From IMG/VR virus record IMGVR_UViG_3300023184_000093, positions 1 to 64,000 of that record: DNA of 64,000 nucleotides, one strand, 5' to 3'. The notes under the pieces were generated by a model. It saw nothing but the letters and a program-made list of their open reading frames with translations, was not told the origin of the DNA and made no database searches. Shown here piece after piece: positions 59,812 through 64,000 of this stretch. Source of the stretch: a virus. Within the stretch, counting starts at the first letter, position 1, and every line of letters begins with the position of its first letter. The position numbers were made by a program, and so were the translations under genes.

Positions 59812-62136
59812 ATGATAACAGTAGTAAAGCGTAATGGAAGCCGTGTATCCATGGACATAGAAAAGATTCAAAGACAAGTAGCATATTCTTGTAAGGGAAT
59901 CGACGGGGTTAGTCCTAGCATGATTGAAATTAAAGCTCAAATAGAACTACATGACGGGATGACCACAGAAACTATTGATCAATTATTGCTCAAAGCTATG
60001 GTAGACTTAGTCGACGAAACAGAAAATCCAGAAATTAATAATGTTAACTATCAATATGTAGCGGGTAGACAACGTGTGAGTATGCTACGTAAAGAAGTAT
60101 ATGGACAATACGACCCACCGGCTCTTTATGATATTGTAAAGAAAAATGTTGAGTTAGGTATGTATACTAAAGAATTACTAGAATGGTATACTAAAGAAGA
60201 ATGGGATATTATAGACTTATTCATCGACCATGACAAAGATGAAGGATACACATATGCGGCAATTGCTCAACTATGTGAAAAGTATCTAGTACAGAATCGT
60301 GCCACTGGACAAATATTCGAAACTCCTCAGGTACGTTATGCTGTGGCTTCTGCTACAGCATTCCATAATGAATCCAAGGAGGCTAGATTAAAATATGTCA
60401 AAGAATATTATGAATGTGCTAGTGCGGGTCACTTTACATTGGCTACACCTGTGCTTGCTGGCCTTGGTACTACTACTAAGCAGTTTAGTAGCTGTGTCCT
60501 TATCAGTAGCGATGATACTCTGGACAGCATCTTCGCTTCTGGTGAAATGATGGCCAAGTATGCTAGTAAACGTGCTGGCATTGGTTTAGAGATTGGACGC
60601 ATTCGCCCATTAGGTGCTCCTATTCGTAATGGCGAGATTAAACATACAGGTATGATACCTTTCTTAAAGAAATGGTTTGCTGACCTACGTAGTTGCAGCC
60701 AAGGTGGTATTCGCAATGCTAGCTGTACAGTAACATTTCCTGTTTGGCATTATCAATTTGAAGACCTTATTGTATTGAAAAACAATCAAGGCACAGAAGA
60801 AACCCGTGTACGTCAAATGGATTACAGCGTAGTAGTTAACAAGATGTTTTGGAATCGTTATAAGAATGGGCAAATGATGAGTTTGTTTGATCCACACGAT
60901 GTACCAGACCTGTACGAAGCCTACTATCGCAACAGCGAAGAATTTGAAAAACTATACCTAAATTATGAAAAACATCCGACAATTAAAAAGAAGAGCGTAT
61001 CGGCGGATGAAATATTCAAAAATGGCATCCTTAAGGAACGTACTGATACTGGGCGCATCTACCTTGTCAACATTGACAACGTTATCAACCAGGGGCCGTT
61101 TGATACCCAGCTTGACCCAATATATCAATCAAATCTATGCCAAGAAATACTTTTACCCACGAAGCCTTTCCAAAGAATTGAAGATCCAGAGGGACGCATT
61201 GCTCTTTGTACTCTTGGGTCCATAAATTGGGGTGCTTTCCGTAACCCACAAGAGATGCGTAAGGCTTGCAGAGTATTGGTTCGCAGTCTAAGCAATCTAT
61301 TAAATTATCAAGATTTCCTAAGCATACAGAGTAAGTTAGCCAACACGGATTTTGAACCTCTCGGCGTTGGCATTACAAACTTAGCCTACTGGCATGCACG
61401 TAAGAGTTTTAAATACGGAACACCAGAAGCATTAGCAGAAGTTAAACGTTGGATGGAACATCAAGCATATTACCTTACCGAAGCAAGTGTAGAACTAGCC
61501 CAAGAGCGTGGCCCATGTCTGCGTAGCGAATACACCTACTACGGTCGGGGAATATTCCCTTGGGAACGTAGAGCAGCAGGTGTTAATGAATTAACTGATT
61601 TCGCACCTAGCATAGACTGGGAACCATTGCGTGAACGTATGAAGAAATATGGTATACGCAATGCTACACTTATGGCAGTTGCTCCCGTTGAATCAAGTAG
61701 TGTTGTTCTAAACAGCACCAATGGTATTGAAATGCCCATGGAACTTATCAGCGTTAAAGAAAGCAAGGCAGGTTCATTTACACAGGTAGTTCCAGAATAC
61801 AAACGACTAAAGAACCGTTATCAACTAATGTGGGAACAAACCGACTGTGTTGACTACCTAAAGACATCGGCGGTATTGGCAGCATACATTGATCAAAGTC
61901 TAAGCACCAATACTTTCTATAGTCCACGACATTTTAAAGATGGAAAAGTGCCTGGTACATTGATTGCTAAAAATTTAATGTTAGCCTACAAGTGGGGCCT
62001 GAAGACCATATACTATAGCCTTCTGGATAAGGTAGGTAGTAAAAATGTATTAATGACCCAAAGTGATAGATTAGTAGCATTAGAACCTGTTACTATATAT
62101 AGTGACGACGAAGATTGCGAGGCATGTAAATTATGA
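59812..62136 (+). CDS. nrdA: Ribonucleoside-diphosphate reductase alpha subunit, class Ia
   Basis: N-terminal ATP cone (VVKRNG), FSSCVL, SNLCQEI, IALCTLG, KTIYY and C-terminal CEAC. Confidence 0.97.
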   Translation: MITVVKRNGSRVSMDIEKIQRQVAYSCKGIDGVSPSMIEIKAQIELHDGMTTETIDQLLLKAMVDLVDETENPEINNVNYQYVAGRQRVSMLRKEVYGQYDPPALYDIVKKNVELGMYTKELLEWYTKEEWDIIDLFIDHDKDEGYTYAAIAQLCEKYLVQNRATGQIFETPQVRYAVASATAFHNESKEARLKYVKEYYECASAGHFTLATPVLAGLGTTTKQFSSCVLISSDDTLDSIFASGEMMAKYASKRAGIGLEIGRIRPLGAPIRNGEIKHTGMIPFLKKWFADLRSCSQGGIRNASCTVTFPVWHYQFEDLIVLKNNQGTEETRVRQMDYSVVVNKMFWNRYKNGQMMSLFDPHDVPDLYEAYYRNSEEFEKLYLNYEKHPTIKKKSVSADEIFKNGILKERTDTGRIYLVNIDNVINQGPFDTQLDPIYQSNLCQEILLPTKPFQRIEDPEGRIALCTLGSINWGAFRNPQEMRKACRVLVRSLSNLLNYQDFLSIQSKLANTDFEPLGVGITNLAYWHARKSFKYGTPEALAEVKRWMEHQAYYLTEASVELAQERGPCLRSEYTYYGRGIFPWERRAAGVNELTDFAPSIDWEPLRERMKKYGIRNATLMAVAPVESSSVVLNSTNGIEMPMELISVKESKAGSFTQVVPEYKRLKNRYQLMWEQTDCVDYLKTSAVLAAYIDQSLSTNTFYSPRHFKDGKVPGTLIAKNLMLAYKWGLKTIYYSLLDKVGSKNVLMTQSDRLVALEPVTIYSDDEDCEACKL

Positions 62137-62276
62137 TAACAATTGGATTAATGGGTGTTGGTAGTGATAATACATTGTACACACCAAGTGGTAAAAAAAT
62201 ATGCCGTGTTCCCAAATGGATGGCATGGCGTATACAAAGCATCCAACATTGGATTGCAATAAGGACCTGGAAATGA
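62133..62276 (+). CDS. Small 47-aa protein between nrdA and nrdB
   Basis: [47 protein letters not shown]; ATGA overlaps with both nrdA and nrdB. Confidence 0.6.
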   Translation: MITIGLMGVGSDNTLYTPSGKKICRVPKWMAWRIQSIQHWIAIRTWK

Positions 62277-63373
62277 GCAAAGAACAATACAACTTGTTGA
62301 AACCAACAAACTATCTCAAACGTAAAATGTTTTTGGATCCTGCAGGTCCAGTTACAGTACAGCGTTTTGAAGAAGTCAAATATCAAAAATTACAAAAGTA
62401 CGAAGAGCTCGCCCGCGGATTCTTTTGGGTTCCAGAAGAAATTAGTCTTACTAAAGATAAGATGGATCACAAAGATGCCAGTGATGCTGTTAAACATATC
62501 TTCACTAGTAATCTATTAAGACAAACTGCATTGGATAGTATTCAAGGTCGAGCACCATTCCAAATCTTTGGACCAGTATCTAGTTTGCCCGAACTCGAAG
62601 CACTTGCATTGACATGGAGTTTTTTCGAAACCAGCATACACAGCAAATCATATAGTCACATTATTAGAAACATCTATAGTGTGCCCAAGGATGAATTCAA
62701 CAAGATCCACGACACTAAGGAAATTGTTGAAATGGCTGCTAACATAGGACGCCATTATGAAAATCTACACTTACTTAATTGCCGTAAAGAAATGGGTGAA
62801 GAAATTGATCTCCACACTCACAAGCGGGCAATTTGGTTGGCATTACATGCAAGCTATGCACTCGAGGCATTCCGCTTCATGGTATCATTCGCAACATCGT
62901 TGGCTATGGTCGAAAACAAAATCTACATCGGTAACGGAAACATCATTAGTCTCATCCTCCAAGACGAACTCCTCCATGCAGAATGGACCGCTTGGTTGAT
63001 CAACAATGTAGTCAAAGATGACTCAGACTTCGTTGTACTTGAAGAAGAATGTCGTGAAGAAGTATACGCAATGTATATGGAAGTTATTGCTGAAGAAAAG
63101 GCCTGGGCAGATTACTTGTTTAAGAAAGGACCAGTCATTGGTCTCAATGCTACTATTCTAAAAGACTTTGTAGACTATACAGCATTTATACGTTTAAAAG
63201 ACATTGGTATCAAGTATGCCGAAGAGCATCCACGTAGCAGTCCTATTCCATGGTTTAACAAACATGTTAACATTGGTAAGAAGCAAAGTGCATTACAGGA
63301 AACTGAAAGCACTAATTATGTTGTGGGAGTTATGAGTTCAGAAGTTAATCATTATGATCTTCCTGATTTGTAA
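62273..63373 (+). CDS. nrdB: Ribonucleoside-diphosphate reductase beta subunit, class Ia (likely start MSKEQY at 62273)
   Basis: [39 protein letters not shown] and C-terminal QETE.TNY; AAGGA SD at 62261. Confidence 0.95.
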   Translation: MSKEQYNLLKPTNYLKRKMFLDPAGPVTVQRFEEVKYQKLQKYEELARGFFWVPEEISLTKDKMDHKDASDAVKHIFTSNLLRQTALDSIQGRAPFQIFGPVSSLPELEALALTWSFFETSIHSKSYSHIIRNIYSVPKDEFNKIHDTKEIVEMAANIGRHYENLHLLNCRKEMGEEIDLHTHKRAIWLALHASYALEAFRFMVSFATSLAMVENKIYIGNGNIISLILQDELLHAEWTAWLINNVVKDDSDFVVLEEECREEVYAMYMEVIAEEKAWADYLFKKGPVIGLNATILKDFVDYTAFIRLKDIGIKYAEEHPRSSPIPWFNKHVNIGKKQSALQETESTNYVVGVMSSEVNHYDLPDL

Positions 63374-63884
63374 TTACACTCCATCCTTTAACAGACTTTT
63401 GTCTATGAGCACCTTTAAATAATGAATGAACATTAATTTTACACAAATTGTATTTTGTGTAAAGTTCATTCTTAGTACAGTATTCAATAGTACCGCTTAC
63501 ATGACGAAACTTATGTAAACTATGATCGTACTGTCCATTGTTTTTGCCTTTTGTTTTGCTAGTGCGCCCCTTCATTTTTACTCGTTGTAATTCTTTCTGT
63601 CTTTCAGTTCTTATAAGTCCAGCACTACCCTCACCGCCGTCTGTTAAATTGCGCAATGTACCTGTTCCGTTATCTTTACGACCGTACCAACGAATCATTC
63701 GTCTTTCAAGTGCAAGCGCACCGAGATCTGTTAAGTTATGTTCAAGTATAATTATCTGAGATTTGTTTTTAGGAACAGAAATTACTTTTTGCTTTGAATA
63801 TGCTCGAAGCCCGTTGCCCTTACCAATGTAGTAAGGTGTGCCATCTAATCTTAGATAGGCGTAAACATAAAAGTGTAAATACAT
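63345..63884 (-). CDS. Free-standing GIY-YIG-family (homing) endonuclease
   Basis: [18 protein letters not shown]...R, LERRMI..YGR and L.N.TDGGEG motifs, then a basic DNA-binding tail. Confidence 0.85.
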   Translation of the reverse strand: MYLHFYVYAYLRLDGTPYYIGKGNGLRAYSKQKVISVPKNKSQIIILEHNLTDLGALALERRMIRWYGRKDNGTGTLRNLTDGGEGSAGLIRTERQKELQRVKMKGRTSKTKGKNNGQYDHSLHKFRHVSGTIEYCTKNELYTKYNLCKINVHSLFKGAHRQKSVKGWSVITNQEDHND

Positions 63885-63954
63885 TGCTGATAGTTCCTTA
63901 TAAACTGTTAGGGTAGTTGGATATGTCCAGTATCGCGAACTACACTTTTATTTA
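63876..63954. ncRNA. 79-bp structured cassette at the GIY-YIG gene start, copy B
   Basis: Homologous to 49396-49474, with compensatory changes in the SD hairpin. Confidence 0.65.
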
Positions 63955-63956
63955 TG

Positions 63957-63985
63957 TTGACTTTATCATTATCGACATATATACT
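63957..63985 (+). promoter_or_regulatory. Sigma70-type promoter for the next gene beyond the window
   Basis: TTGACT, 17-nt spacer, TATACT. Confidence 0.6.
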
Positions 63986-64000
63986 AATACTATAAAGATA

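Noticed and set aside
62201-62272. N-terminal extension of nrdB in the ORF track
   Set aside because: The SD and ATGA coupling support a start at 62273; this stretch belongs to the 47-aa ORF in another frame.
59812-63373. Introns or inteins in nrdA and nrdB
   Set aside because: Both ORFs are continuous and of normal length, with no intein motifs.
1-64000. Stop-codon reassignment and tRNA genes
   Set aside because: Long ORFs are intact in the standard code and TAA, TGA and TAG all end genes. No cloverleaf was recognised by eye; tRNAscan was not run.

Overview
A 64 kb, AT-rich segment of a large tailed dsDNA phage, probably T4-like or jumbo, using the standard genetic code. The host is tentatively a freshwater betaproteobacterium. 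1-44.5 kb is a co-oriented virion tail-fibre/adhesin region: Thr-rich collagen-like proteins, an Mtd_N-type fibre, glycine-rich proteins and two giant LamG/ConA-lectin proteins (1770 and 5610 aa) whose domains are nested inside one another. 44.5-51.3 kb is accessory: a four-domain glycosyltransferase/methyltransferase, a secreted non-specific nuclease, an HNH endonuclease, micro-ORFs, a GC-rich structured intergenic block and a leftward cluster of small phasin/DUF3563-like genes. 51.3-59.8 kb holds probable head/internal proteins, a PD-(D/E)XK exonuclease, a methyltransferase and a beta-helix tail protein. 59.8-64 kb holds class Ia nrdA/nrdB and a GIY-YIG endonuclease. Late genes carry a TAAATA motif, while metabolic genes carry sigma70-type promoters. 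The best candidate for an undescribed system is a 79-bp cassette found at the start of two unrelated free-standing nuclease genes (HNH, 49396-49474; GIY-YIG, 63876-63954). It is bounded by inward-facing TAAATA motifs and encodes a covarying two-hairpin RNA whose antisense form shows the anti-Shine-Dalgarno sequence in a loop. All family assignments come from motif recognition by eye; no searches were run.
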